Positions 47,041 to 56,226 of a DNA stretch of 64,000 nucleotides are shown here, piece by piece. Numbering within the stretch: the first letter of the stretch is position 1; every line of letters begins with the position of its first letter. The stretch lies in IMG/VR virus record IMGVR_UViG_3300031576_000026, positions 1 through 64,000 of that record; one strand, given 5' to 3'. Both the position numbers and the translations under genes were made by a program. This stretch comes from a virus. The notes under the pieces were generated by a model. The model had not been told where the DNA came from and searched no databases. It worked only from the letters and a program-made list of their open reading frames with translations.

Positions 47041-49022
47041 TGGCAGATAATAAAAAATTTGATTTGTCTCCGGGATTCGAGGAAATTCCATTGGACACAG
47101 AATTATCCCCTGGATTTGAAGCAATTCCTTCTGTAAAACCACCCACAACAATCCCCCAATTATTAGAAAAAAAAGCAGCTGGGGTCACTGAGACTATTTC
47201 CGAGCAAATTCCTGGGGCTATTCAAACTGGGAAAGATATTGCTAAGGCTGTTGCTGAGGAAGCTTTACTTGGTGGTGGAGCCGAAGCTTATGGAGCTTTA
47301 GCTGCCACAGGTGAAAAATTAAAATCTTATCTTGCCGGTCAACCAGGAAGAGATTGGTTAGAAATTTACAGACAATCTCAACAAGCTGCTGAAAAAGAAT
47401 TAGAAGAAGCCAAAGAGCGAACACCAATTGGCTATCGAGTAGGTCAAGTGGCCGGTACTATCCTACCAGCTTTACTTACAGCCGGAGCTGGATTAGGGGC
47501 TAAAGCAGCAGCCAGAGTCACACTTCCAGCATTGGAAAAAGCAATAGCAACTAAAACAATATCTTCTTTAGGAAAGGCAGCCACAACTAGCGCAGCTTTA
47601 GGAGCAACAGAGGCAACATTAAGATCTAAAGGTGAATTAGAAACTAGTCAAGGAAGACAAAAAATATTAGCCGATGCTATAGGTGGTGCTTTAATGGGAG
47701 GAGCAGTTGGCACGGCTTTTGCTGCAGCTGCCCCTAAATTGCGCGATATTTATGATTCTGCAAGACAAAGCGTTAGTTCTTACATAGCAGATTCGCCAAA
47801 ATTAAGACAATCTGTTTTAGCCTTTAAACAAGGTAAAGCTGGAACTCCAGTGACGGAAGGATTACGAGATACTATAAGAATAGGTCAACAACAAACAAAA
47901 GATATAGCAGATGTAACTAATAGAATCTTAGATGCTGAAAGTGCTGTGGGAAGTAAAATTAGTAATACTATAAAAAGAGCAACGGATGAGGGGGTGCAAA
48001 TTGGTGTAACTCCCGATATGCTTAAAGCAGCTAGAGATGCAAACAGATTCTTTAAACAAAATCCCCATTTTTTGAAAACAGATGATGCGGCTAGACTTAG
48101 AACTATGTTTCAAAAGATTCAAACTAACACAATGACTCCCCTAGAAGCCAATCAATGGAAAAAAGAGTTAGTTGAATTGGCTGGAAGAACTAATACACCA
48201 GAAATTGAATCCATTGCCAATAATTTTTATGGCGCTACCCGTAAAGCATTAACCGATCAAATTCCCGATTTAAATCCTTTATATAGTCAATTTTATGATT
48301 TAAGAAAAGCAGTTAGTGAAACTATTGTTTCTAGAGGACTCCCAGTTGAATTGTCCGAAGTTTGGATGGGAGATATGATCAAAGGTCGTAGAAAGTTAAC
48401 AGAAGGAGTTAGAGATTTATTGACATCAGCTACTACTCCAGGTGCTAAAAAACTACCCGCTGCCGGTGGATCATTTCCACAATTAATTACTAATTTAAAT
48501 GAATTTGATGTTAAACATCCAGGTGTTCTAAAAGAAATAGGATTAGATTCAAAGGAATTTTTTGAGGATATTATATCTAAAGGTGATGAATTTGCAATTG
48601 CAAAACAGAAATTAGGATTTGAGCCTCAAGCTGGGATAGGCAGAGAATTAAAAGCTATTCCTATTGGTGGGGCTACCACTGGTAAGGGAAGATTGTTAAG
48701 CGTGGCTACTGTGGCGGGACAGGGAGTAAGAGCTATAAAACCTGTTGCTGGAAAAGTGGCTAATTTGAGTAGAAAACTTTATGATGCTCCAGCTCAACAA
48801 CTTGGGGAATTATCCAAAGATTTATATGAATCTGGTGTTCCTGGTTTAGTTTCTTTAGGTAAGGCATTAGAAAAAGGATTAGCAGATAAAAATACTGCAG
48901 CCAAGAATGCTGCATTATTTGCTATCCTACAAAATCCAAAATCTAGATTATTTATTTCTGGTGAAGAGGTAGAAGAAGAAACTCCAATAGAAAACGGGGA
49001 GGTTCCATCTTATGGACAATAA
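47040..49022 (+). CDS. putative large ejection protein
   Basis: Ala/Gly-rich amphipathic segments; last large structural ORF. Confidence 0.55.
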   Translation: MADNKKFDLSPGFEEIPLDTELSPGFEAIPSVKPPTTIPQLLEKKAAGVTETISEQIPGAIQTGKDIAKAVAEEALLGGGAEAYGALAATGEKLKSYLAGQPGRDWLEIYRQSQQAAEKELEEAKERTPIGYRVGQVAGTILPALLTAGAGLGAKAAARVTLPALEKAIATKTISSLGKAATTSAALGATEATLRSKGELETSQGRQKILADAIGGALMGGAVGTAFAAAAPKLRDIYDSARQSVSSYIADSPKLRQSVLAFKQGKAGTPVTEGLRDTIRIGQQQTKDIADVTNRILDAESAVGSKISNTIKRATDEGVQIGVTPDMLKAARDANRFFKQNPHFLKTDDAARLRTMFQKIQTNTMTPLEANQWKKELVELAGRTNTPEIESIANNFYGATRKALTDQIPDLNPLYSQFYDLRKAVSETIVSRGLPVELSEVWMGDMIKGRRKLTEGVRDLLTSATTPGAKKLPAAGGSFPQLITNLNEFDVKHPGVLKEIGLDSKEFFEDIISKGDEFAIAKQKLGFEPQAGIGRELKAIPIGGATTGKGRLLSVATVAGQGVRAIKPVAGKVANLSRKLYDAPAQQLGELSKDLYESGVPGLVSLGKALEKGLADKNTAAKNAALFAILQNPKSRLFISGEEVEEETPIENGEVPSYGQ

Positions 49023-49278
49023 TTGGGGAGAACAATTCGATAAGTTAGATATGCGTTTAGATTCCATAGATAAAACTCTTTGTAGGCAAGAGATTAGTCT
49101 TTCTGAACATCAAAGAAGAACCGAATTATTAGAAAAACAAAACGAGAAATGTTTTGAGGAATTAAAACCAATTCAAAGGCATATCTCCATGATGGATGGA
49201 GCTATTAGATTCTTAGGACTTAGTAGCGTTGGTTTATCTTTGATTGCTGGATTATTAAAATTATTTGGGGTTTTATAA
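49012..49278 (+). CDS. coiled-coil protein with C-terminal TM (holin/XhlA-like)
   Basis: LSEHQRRTELLE plus hydrophobic C-terminus. Confidence 0.55.
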   Translation: MDNNWGEQFDKLDMRLDSIDKTLCRQEISLSEHQRRTELLEKQNEKCFEELKPIQRHISMMDGAIRFLGLSSVGLSLIAGLLKLFGVL

Positions 49279-49701
49279 TTTTTTATCGAACTTTTTAATA
49301 AGGCCCTCTTCCCCATTAAATACTAATTCATCCTGTCTAGTATCCTCAAAATGAACCTGTTTACCACAAGCCTTTGCTCTAGTTAATATATCTCTGTTTC
49401 TAGCATTATTCCTAGAATAGATTTCTCTTCTTTGTTGTTTTGTTTTATGTATTTTTTTGCCAGGATGATTAAAATTAGCATGGGTATACTCTTCGGTAAA
49501 CCGTGCTAGCCAATCTTTTTCTTCATCAGTCAACTTATCTAAATAATCATAATCTAATTCTTCATATCTAGTTTTCAGATTATAATGTGGTTTTAAAGCA
49601 GAGAATTTATCCTGATTCCTTCTATTAATTTTTGCTCTATGTTTTTTCTTATTATTCTTTACTTTCTTGTTTTTTCTGGTAATTTTTACTGCCTTTTTCA
49701 T
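49273..49701 (-). CDS. basic hypothetical protein
   Basis: DYDYLDKL...YSRNNARNRD. Confidence 0.65.
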   Translation of the reverse strand: MKKAVKITRKNKKVKNNKKKHRAKINRRNQDKFSALKPHYNLKTRYEELDYDYLDKLTDEEKDWLARFTEEYTHANFNHPGKKIHKTKQQRREIYSRNNARNRDILTRAKACGKQVHFEDTRQDELVFNGEEGLIKKFDKKL

Positions 49702-50389
49702 AGCGTGCTTCTCTTAGTTGTTGAATCTCAGTTGTTGTTATATGTTGTGTGATATTCTTAGACACTCTAAAAAACATTACACGACTAACCGATTTTCGTT
49801 TGTAATCAAAATATAGTTTACAGAAATTAAAAAATTGTATTTCTCCTAATGGATTGTTCTTTCGTATCTTATAAGACCACATATCGTAGATATAATATAA
49901 TCCATATGAAGGAATCCAATAATTTCCACTAGTTATATTATAATATTTCAAAAAATTCTCAAAATGTTGCTTATATCTAGGGGATTTAGTCTTATCCATA
50001 GAAGATTGCTGAATTAGTTTTAATGCCTCCTCTTTTAGCTTAAAAGCCTTTATATTGAGTCGGTAGTATTGGACTGGACCCTTCTGGTGGACTAGGAGGT
50101 ACTGGCTCAACTCACGCGAAAATTGACGACTTAGGAGGGGATTAGGGGACCATTTGGAGTATAGATTATAGACCAATCGTCTAGTTATTAGATTTTTGCC
50201 TGGTTTAATGTTATAAATAGAAAGAAAGGGAATAATATCGTTATTAGTTAATGCATAAGCTTGTAATGCATCAGGGGCAGTTTGTAGAAGTTCTATTAAT
50301 TGTTCATTAGATAGGCTATTTGGTAGTGATTTCTTTAACGGCATAGATGGCGAATCCAGTTGCAATAATACCCAATGTAAACCAACCAA
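49652..50389 (-). CDS. tandem RFX/D5-type winged-helix-like DNA-binding protein
   Basis: Two units F(L)..YNI..G...I....[LV]Y..Y..W......L....F. Confidence 0.45.
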   Translation of the reverse strand: MVGLHWVLLQLDSPSMPLKKSLPNSLSNEQLIELLQTAPDALQAYALTNNDIIPFLSIYNIKPGKNLITRRLVYNLYSKWSPNPLLSRQFSRELSQYLLVHQKGPVQYYRLNIKAFKLKEEALKLIQQSSMDKTKSPRYKQHFENFLKYYNITSGNYWIPSYGLYYIYDMWSYKIRKNNPLGEIQFFNFCKLYFDYKRKSVSRVMFFRVSKNITQHITTTEIQQLREARYEKGSKNYQKKQESKE

Positions 50390-50717
50390 CTCGTTCCCAA
50401 TTGGTCATTGTGCGTTCATCGTAAAGTGATTTAGCGAGTTTTTCGTTTTGTCCAATTAATAAATTAACCTTATTATCCTGAGAATTTATAATATTCTCTT
50501 GTAATTTGAGGCTATTCTGAAAAGAATCATTAAGTAATTTATATCCATCTCTTTCTTGGGCTAATACTTTAATATTATTGGCATGTTGTTGTGTAATAAC
50601 AAACCCATCTATTGGAGATGGATCATTCTTTTTAATAGGTACTACTTCATCAGCCAGTACCCAATTATTAGATATTGAACTAGTTAAGAATAGTATTAAG
50701 ATCTTCCGCAGTAGCAT
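50316..50717 (-). CDS. putative spanin-like lysis protein
   Basis: Signal peptide, coiled coil, C-terminal TM. Confidence 0.45.
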   Translation of the reverse strand: MLLRKILILFLTSSISNNWVLADEVVPIKKNDPSPIDGFVITQQHANNIKVLAQERDGYKLLNDSFQNSLKLQENIINSQDNKVNLLIGQNEKLAKSLYDERTMTNWERVGWFTLGIIATGFAIYAVKEITTK

Positions 50718-50931
50718 CTTTGCCTTTCTTTTTCATCTCTTCCTCTATTTGTTTTCTCTTAGCTTCTTCTGCTTGAAGTAGTCCACTATCTCTTGCAATC
50801 GCTTTATCTTGTTCGTTAAGTTTTTTATTGGTCTCATTATTTTCCAATAAAGCTTCGGCTGAACGTCTCTTAACAAAATTATATCCAAGAAGTCCTAACA
50901 AAATACCAATAACACTTAATATTAATTCCAT
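50680..50931 (-). CDS. N-terminal TM coiled-coil protein (i-spanin-like)
   Basis: MELILSVIGILLGLLGY followed by a charged helix. Confidence 0.5.
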   Translation of the reverse strand: MELILSVIGILLGLLGYNFVKRRSAEALLENNETNKKLNEQDKAIARDSGLLQAEEAKRKQIEEEMKKKGKDATAEDLNTILN

Positions 50932-51116
50932 AAATTTGTTCCAAATAAATAAATCAAACCAGTTGCCACGATTAGACTAAACAAACTAAAAAGAATACCA
51001 GAGACAACCATACCTAAAAACAAAGCAACTCCGAACTTAAATGATTGCACAAAATTCATATTAACATTGACCAATTCTCGTTCTTCTGGTAATGTTACTG
51101 CATTTCTCATACTCAT
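50922..51116 (-). CDS. small membrane protein
   Basis: Long hydrophobic stretch. Confidence 0.5.
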   Translation of the reverse strand: MSMRNAVTLPEERELVNVNMNFVQSFKFGVALFLGMVVSGILFSLFSLIVATGLIYLFGTNLWN

Positions 51117-51412
51117 TCATTCTCCTTTTTAGGTTCACTTAATGAATCTTTATTAGATTCCTTGAGTGTATCTGTGTTAATTAAACTTCCCATAGTTTTT
51201 GATTTCTTATTAGTAGTGAATTTTCTACCCCAATATAAACTAGCCGAGAGACCAAAGTATTCAACCGCTAGGCTTGTATCTTTTGTTAGACCACCCAAAT
51301 ATAAACCTCCGGCAATGAGCAGAAATAATACCGACAATACAAAATTGGTTAAACTAACACTGGCTTCTCTACTTTTCGGATCAACTACCCATGGTAAATT
51401 AAGTCTTGGCAT
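51113..51412 (-). CDS. putative holin
   Basis: Two TM segments, YWGRK, charged C-terminal tail. Confidence 0.55.
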   Translation of the reverse strand: MPRLNLPWVVDPKSREASVSLTNFVLSVLFLLIAGGLYLGGLTKDTSLAVEYFGLSASLYWGRKFTTNKKSKTMGSLINTDTLKESNKDSLSEPKKENE

Positions 51413-51414
51413 AT

Positions 51415-51792
51415 CTAAATACCTCTTTTCTTTCTTTTCTTCCTATAAAATTTTCTCATACTATTTTCCAATTCTGTTTTATTCGAATGACATTGCTGAC
51501 ATAAAATCTGCAGCCCACTAACATCAACAAACAATCTTTTAATATATTCATCCCAATTTGTAAAATAGCCAGACATTGGAATCACTGCTTCAATATGATC
51601 AACATGAACTTGATTAGCTTTAAATTTTCCTTTACATGTAGAACATTGATAAATTCCACGTTCTATTCTACTTTTCCTCAATGCTTCGGTTCTAGCTGGC
51701 CACTGAAGTGATATTCTTCTTAATTTAATTCTAAGCCAAGATTCTATTTTAGGAAGTTTAAACTCCTTCTTTATTTTTCCATCTTTTTCCAT
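51415..51792 (-). CDS. HNH endonuclease
   Basis: CSTC, VDHI, LQILCQQCH..KT. Confidence 0.85.
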   Translation of the reverse strand: MEKDGKIKKEFKLPKIESWLRIKLRRISLQWPARTEALRKSRIERGIYQCSTCKGKFKANQVHVDHIEAVIPMSGYFTNWDEYIKRLFVDVSGLQILCQQCHSNKTELENSMRKFYRKKRKKRGI

Positions 51793-52106
51793 GTTCCGTC
51801 AAGTTGTAGTATTTTAACCTTTGTTCTATTATTGCAAACATTGCATTCTCTAAATCTTCTGTTTAAGATGAGCTTTAATTCTAGAACTCCACGTTCACAC
51901 TCAAAGCAAACCTTTTCAGGTTCTTTTTTTACTTTTGGATCTTTTATTTCATCAATAGGTTCTGAATCTAGATAATGCCTATATCCTTTAGTAATTCTCT
52001 TTAACCTTTTATGTAGATGCCTATTCTCCGATTTAAGTCTTCTTACTTGCTCTTCCAAACGTTCTTGATCATTGGCTTTACGCTCAAAATGAGTTCTTCT
52101 TGGCAT
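51771..52106 (-). CDS. coiled-coil plus Zn-ribbon protein
   Basis: CFEC ... CNVC. Confidence 0.6.
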   Translation of the reverse strand: MPRRTHFERKANDQERLEEQVRRLKSENRHLHKRLKRITKGYRHYLDSEPIDEIKDPKVKKEPEKVCFECERGVLELKLILNRRFRECNVCNNRTKVKILQLDGTWKKMEK

Positions 52107-52110
52107 TTAT

Positions 52111-52458
52111 TCATACTTCTCGATTAATAGATCTATCTTCACTAAACCCATCCGGATATCTTTTGCGAAGTTTTTCTACATTAGCTTTCTTAATGTCATC
52201 CTCCTCAAATCCAAACATTTCGGAAAGAACTTCAAGATACCAGTAGCAATCTCCCATTTCACCCATCAATTGTTCTTTCATTTTATCATTAACATCATGG
52301 CCGTGAAACATAATTTTTTTAATCACGTTTGCCAGTTCCCCTGCTTCGCCTGTTAATCCTAGAGTTGCGTTTACTACTATTTCGTCTGGGTTTAGTTTTT
52401 GATTTAGAGTTCTTAGAACTTCGTCTCGGTAATTCATCATGTCCTTTCCATAGGTCAT
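52111..52458 (-). CDS. MazG-like nucleoside triphosphate pyrophosphohydrolase
   Basis: GLTGEAGE...KK..FHGH...EMGD..WY...N.EKL.KRYPDGF. Confidence 0.85.
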   Translation of the reverse strand: MTYGKDMMNYRDEVLRTLNQKLNPDEIVVNATLGLTGEAGELANVIKKIMFHGHDVNDKMKEQLMGEMGDCYWYLEVLSEMFGFEEDDIKKANVEKLRKRYPDGFSEDRSINREV

Positions 52459-52750
52459 CTTTCCCTATATTATTTTTTTCAAACTCCAGTAAAAAAAGCA
52501 AATTACATGCCGCATGCGCTAAGTGTGTTAAACCAGATTCCTTATCTATTCTGGTCATCCCACTAGAATTATATTTATAGAGGTGCCTAAATGTTGCATC
52601 TAAAATGCGACTCCAATCAAATCCTTCTCTCCAATTTTGCGCTGTATATTTACTTTCACCGTAGGTTAGAACTTCGGCTACTAATAATAATGCATCAGAA
52701 GGTAGAAGAGAACATCTGGGTTTTCCCTTATCAAACTTTACCCCACCCAT
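52319..52750 (-). CDS. dATP/dGTP diphosphohydrolase-like (DUF5664) protein
   Basis: KFDKGK....LLP...V..VL.YG..KY...NW..G......A..RH...D.ESGL.HLAHA. Confidence 0.8.
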   Translation of the reverse strand: MGGVKFDKGKPRCSLLPSDALLLVAEVLTYGESKYTAQNWREGFDWSRILDATFRHLYKYNSSGMTRIDKESGLTHLAHAACNLLFLLEFEKNNIGKDDLWKGHDELPRRSSKNSKSKTKPRRNSSKRNSRINRRSRGTGKRD

Positions 52751-52763
52751 ATTTCACACGATA

Positions 52764-53012
52764 TTAAGCTGCTGTTGGTTCTGCACTTTCTTCACTAACC
52801 GAAACTACTTCAGATTCTGTGTTTTCTTCTTTTACCGGAACGTCTGGGGTGGTTTGTGCATTAAGAGCCCTAACAGCAGAAAACTTCTGTAACAGTGGAT
52901 AAACTTCTTTAGCTGGCCTATTCCCAAGATATGCTAAAATCTCATTCAATAAACCTTCCTCCATTACAAATTGTTGGCTTGGTTTTGTTTCTTGTGTATT
53001 AGTTGTTGACAT
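52764..53012 (-). CDS. hypothetical protein
   Basis: IL.YL..RP..EV motif; AGGAG RBS. Confidence 0.65.
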   Translation of the reverse strand: MSTTNTQETKPSQQFVMEEGLLNEILAYLGNRPAKEVYPLLQKFSAVRALNAQTTPDVPVKEENTESEVVSVSEESAEPTAA

Positions 53013-53227
53013 TTTTTACTCCTATTTTAAGTTTAAGGTTGAAGCAGAAACATATGTACTATTATTCAAACTATTAAATAATCCTGATGTAGAAAGATTT
53101 GTAGTACTATCGGTAGTATATGTTGCGTATACTGGTTGCTGACTACCCAGTGAGTTAATGGAAATAGATTTGGGCTTATTATACTCTTTTGAAGGAGAGG
53201 AAACTCGCTCCTCGTTAACTCTCCCTC

Positions 53228-53428
53228 TTAAAAAGGACGAACTGCAACTTCTACTTGATCTAGTCGATTTAGAAAATTCTCTGGGATTTCTCTTCCAGCG
53301 ATTAACATAGCCGTCTTCTCATCGTTTGTTAAAATTGTCTTTGGACCCACTAAAATTTTAGCAGATTCACTTTGTTTCTTTACATCGGTTTTTGGATTAA
53401 AAAAAACAACATATTCATATAGTCTCAT
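53228..53428 (-). CDS. small conserved phage protein ending ...VRPF, with a probable -1 frameshift extension to 53022
   Basis: CCT TTT TAA followed by a stem-loop and a 69-codon open -1 frame. Confidence 0.65.
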   Translation of the reverse strand: MRLYEYVVFFNPKTDVKKQSESAKILVGPKTILTNDEKTAMLIAGREIPENFLNRLDQVEVAVRPF

Positions 53429-53482
53429 TATTTTCCTTTCCAACTATCCGGAATTTCCAGATAGTTCCAATTTATAGACATA

Positions 53483-53511
53483 ATTATATCAAACTTGATA
53501 AATTTTGTCAA
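53483..53511 (-). promoter_or_regulatory. consensus sigma70 promoter
   Basis: TTGACA-17nt-TATAAT on the minus strand. Confidence 0.8.
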
Positions 53512-54260
53512 TCTATTTTATAAAGTTTTCCAGAAACAACACAAGTTCCATTAACGATAGGAACGGGTTGAAGATAAACACAGCCCGTTTTAGAATCTAG
53601 AAATCCAATTCCAAAACCAAGACTCCAGTCTCGTAAAGCTTTGATTCTGTGCATATAATCAATTTCATTAATATCACCAAGCCAACCGAAGCTTGCTCCA
53701 ACGTGTGTATCACCATGGGCACTTCCTTGGACTACATAAGATGTTCGGTGTATATGTCCTATGACAATATTCTTTTGGAATGTATCTAATGCTTTATAAA
53801 CAGCATATTGACCAGCATTGCCAGTGTCATGAGTTATATAAAGTTTACCCAATTTATAATGTTTCTTGTAAGGTACATATTTAAAGCCAAATTTCTCAAG
53901 TTCTAGAATTTTTTCAGTTGATATGAAATTAAACAACTCTGGAGCATGATCCTGTAAGTATCGTTCCAATCTATCGCAATGATTACCTGAGATAAAGACT
54001 TTATTCTTAGCTCCAAGATCACTTAATTGCTTCAATAGCTTCTTGGCCTCTTCAACTTCATAATCCAACTTTAACGCTCTGTTTGGATCTTTGCTATGGG
54101 AACTAACTGAGAAATTATCAATAAAATCTCCCATGATTATGACATGATCTGGCTTAAAATCCTTCATGACTTTTAGCATTAAATTAAATGCTTTTTTATC
54201 ATGATATGGTATGTGTGCATCAGAGACAAAAAGAATTTTTTCTAGTTTATGATTTTTCAT
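53508..54260 (-). CDS. calcineurin-like metallophosphoesterase
   Basis: SDAH, GDFID, GNH, THD, GHIHR. Confidence 0.88.
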   Translation of the reverse strand: MKNHKLEKILFVSDAHIPYHDKKAFNLMLKVMKDFKPDHVIIMGDFIDNFSVSSHSKDPNRALKLDYEVEEAKKLLKQLSDLGAKNKVFISGNHCDRLERYLQDHAPELFNFISTEKILELEKFGFKYVPYKKHYKLGKLYITHDTGNAGQYAVYKALDTFQKNIVIGHIHRTSYVVQGSAHGDTHVGASFGWLGDINEIDYMHRIKALRDWSLGFGIGFLDSKTGCVYLQPVPIVNGTCVVSGKLYKID

Positions 54261-54714
54261 AATTAATACCTGCTACTTTGTAGATGATTTGTTTTTCCTT
54301 GTTTTTATTTTTCCTGGTAATACCAGAAAGAGAACAATTTATGGAATTTGTAACCCATTCCATATTATCTAAAGTATATCCTTCTTTAGGATTAATTCTA
54401 TTAATAGATGGAGTTAATTTAATATCATAGTTATTTATAACCCAGTGCTTATATAATCTAAGAAAATCCTCATTTGTTTTAGACCATGTATAAAAATCTT
54501 CTTTTTTTAATAAAGATTTACCCTTATATAGATGTGGGCTCCTGGTTGCTTTACCTTTGGTTCTTCTTTTCATGCCTCTATAACATATCATTATAAACCC
54601 ATTTATTGTTTTTTTATATATTTTTCGTCTGATATACTCACAATCAGAACAATAATTTGCAAGATTTACAACACAAGGATGCATCCGATGTTTACAATTT
54701 ATACATTCTTTCAT
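54247..54714 (-). CDS. HNH-like (homing-type) endonuclease-related protein
   Basis: PSINRINP..GY..DN..W....N. Confidence 0.55.
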   Translation of the reverse strand: MKECINCKHRMHPCVVNLANYCSDCEYIRRKIYKKTINGFIMICYRGMKRRTKGKATRSPHLYKGKSLLKKEDFYTWSKTNEDFLRLYKHWVINNYDIKLTPSINRINPKEGYTLDNMEWVTNSINCSLSGITRKNKNKEKQIIYKVAGINYEKS

Positions 54715-55040
54715 TTAAATAAATTTCTATGTTTTAAAATATAATAAAATCCTGCCTCGCTAGACAAAATTTGTCTTTCTGTTAATCCCATTGAATATTC
54801 ATTAGAAAAAGCATGCATACATTCATGTAGAAATGTTGTAACTGTTTCTTTATCAGACATATCTAATCTCAATAATATTTGTCTATTTTGAAAATCGGTT
54901 TCTCCAAATCTATCATTAGGATAAAACTCTCTAACCCAAACAACTTTATAGAAAACACTAGAAGCTATTTGTACTCGTGATGGAATCTTATTTCTTAATT
55001 TCCTCCAGTTCACTTTCACTAATATTCCCTCTATTTTCAA
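54711..55040 (-). CDS. HExxH metallopeptidase-like protein
   Basis: TFLHECMHA. Confidence 0.6.
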   Translation of the reverse strand: MKIEGILVKVNWRKLRNKIPSRVQIASSVFYKVVWVREFYPNDRFGETDFQNRQILLRLDMSDKETVTTFLHECMHAFSNEYSMGLTERQILSSEAGFYYILKHRNLFK

Positions 55041-55251
55041 TAATTCTTTTGTATTTTTCTAAATGAATTTCTAGTATTGATTGATTATTAATTATGCATT
55101 TATAAACGTCTTTTACCGGCACATACTTAAAATAACCAATCAACGCTTTTTTATTGGCATTGAATACATCTAAAATCTTTTCTAGATCTCTAACAATTAT
55201 TTTAGCTTTCTTATAATTTTTTAGGTCAAAAATCATCATCATCCACATCAA
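54988..55251 (-). CDS. hypothetical protein
   Basis: ORF track. Confidence 0.5.
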   Translation of the reverse strand: MMWMMMIFDLKNYKKAKIIVRDLEKILDVFNANKKALIGYFKYVPVKDVYKCIINNQSILEIHLEKYKRIIENRGNISESELEEIKK

Positions 55252-56224
55252 ATCCTTGTTTAATACCTAATTGTTGCTTTTTTGTTTGAAATTCCTTTTT
55301 GAAATATGATATTTCTTTCATAATACTATCTATTGCTTCTTGTGGAGTTATTTCATAAATTGCAGATCTAATTACAATCTCATGTAGATGGGCTGCTGTC
55401 AATTCACTATATTTTTTTTGCTTAATAATCTGTAAAGTTTCGTCTGGTATTTCTCCTTTACTGAAAAATTTAAAAAGTTCGTATCTGGCATTGGAATCCG
55501 GATAGTCCATTTTTATCTTATCATCAAATCTTCCCGGTCTATTGGTTATATTAGCCAAAAGATTTTCTGGGAAATTAGTAGTTGCTATGATGAATATTGG
55601 AATTTGGAATATTTTTTCTTTATTGTCTAATAAAGATAAAAGACTGCTCGTACTTTTTATTTTAGCATTTTCAGCTTCAACACCACCTATGTCTTCAGCC
55701 ACTAAGATAATTTTTTTAACTCCTTCCACATATTGAAAGCTCTTAAAGAAGTCTTTAACTTCAGACGGATCAATTTTATCAGTTGACCATAAAATAATAG
55801 CAGTTTTATTGTCTTTTGAATATTGTTGACAAACTTTAATTAAAGCTGTGGTTTTCCCCGTACCTGCGCTACCCCATAATAATACAGCCCGCCTTGGAAT
55901 TTCTATCCCTAATCTCTTATAAACATGAAGATTACGGAAAAAGCAATCTATTTTTTTAGTTAATTCTGTTACATTTACGAAATTTTCTAAAATAGAATCT
56001 GTAACAAACGAAGTAGATTCTAATTTTAAACCCTTTAACGTTTTTTGGATTGACCATACTCCAGGTTTAACCTGATATGGTTCTGGTTTATATTCCTCTT
56101 CGTGATAAATAAATTGAACAAAATCTCCTTCTGGTGTGACTGTACAAAAATCGCTTTCTTCAATCTTTTCATTTTCCTTTATGTCTAGTAATTTTTGTTT
56201 TCTGAGTAAAGTGAAATAACCCAT
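55226..56224 (-). CDS. AAA+ ATPase
   Basis: GSAGTGKT, LVAEDI, ATTN, RPGRFD second region of homology. Confidence 0.88.
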   Translation of the reverse strand: MGYFTLLRKQKLLDIKENEKIEESDFCTVTPEGDFVQFIYHEEEYKPEPYQVKPGVWSIQKTLKGLKLESTSFVTDSILENFVNVTELTKKIDCFFRNLHVYKRLGIEIPRRAVLLWGSAGTGKTTALIKVCQQYSKDNKTAIILWSTDKIDPSEVKDFFKSFQYVEGVKKIILVAEDIGGVEAENAKIKSTSSLLSLLDNKEKIFQIPIFIIATTNFPENLLANITNRPGRFDDKIKMDYPDSNARYELFKFFSKGEIPDETLQIIKQKKYSELTAAHLHEIVIRSAIYEITPQEAIDSIMKEISYFKKEFQTKKQQLGIKQGFDVDDDDF

Positions 56225-56226
56225 TA

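Noticed and set aside
12122-48122. Many short antisense or nested ORFs in the track inside structural genes
   Set aside because: Fully overlapped by long, motif-bearing genes and lacking RBS or recognisable motifs
43144-49022. Virion RNA polymerase or tape measure protein among the large late ORFs
   Set aside because: No DxDGD or T7-type RNAP motifs; sizes and composition fit ejection proteins; no tail tube or sheath genes
52111-52750. 2-aminoadenine (Z) genome pathway
   Set aside because: No PurZ or DatZ-like HD hydrolase in the window; these pyrophosphatases are common without base modification
53428-53481. 17-aa mini-ORF MSINWNYLEIPDSWKGK
   Set aside because: Its ATG lies 2 nt from the -10 box, upstream of the expected transcription start
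55226-56224. AAA+ ATPase as the sigma54 enhancer-binding activator
   Set aside because: No GAFTGA loop; RPGRFD places it with classical AAA proteins
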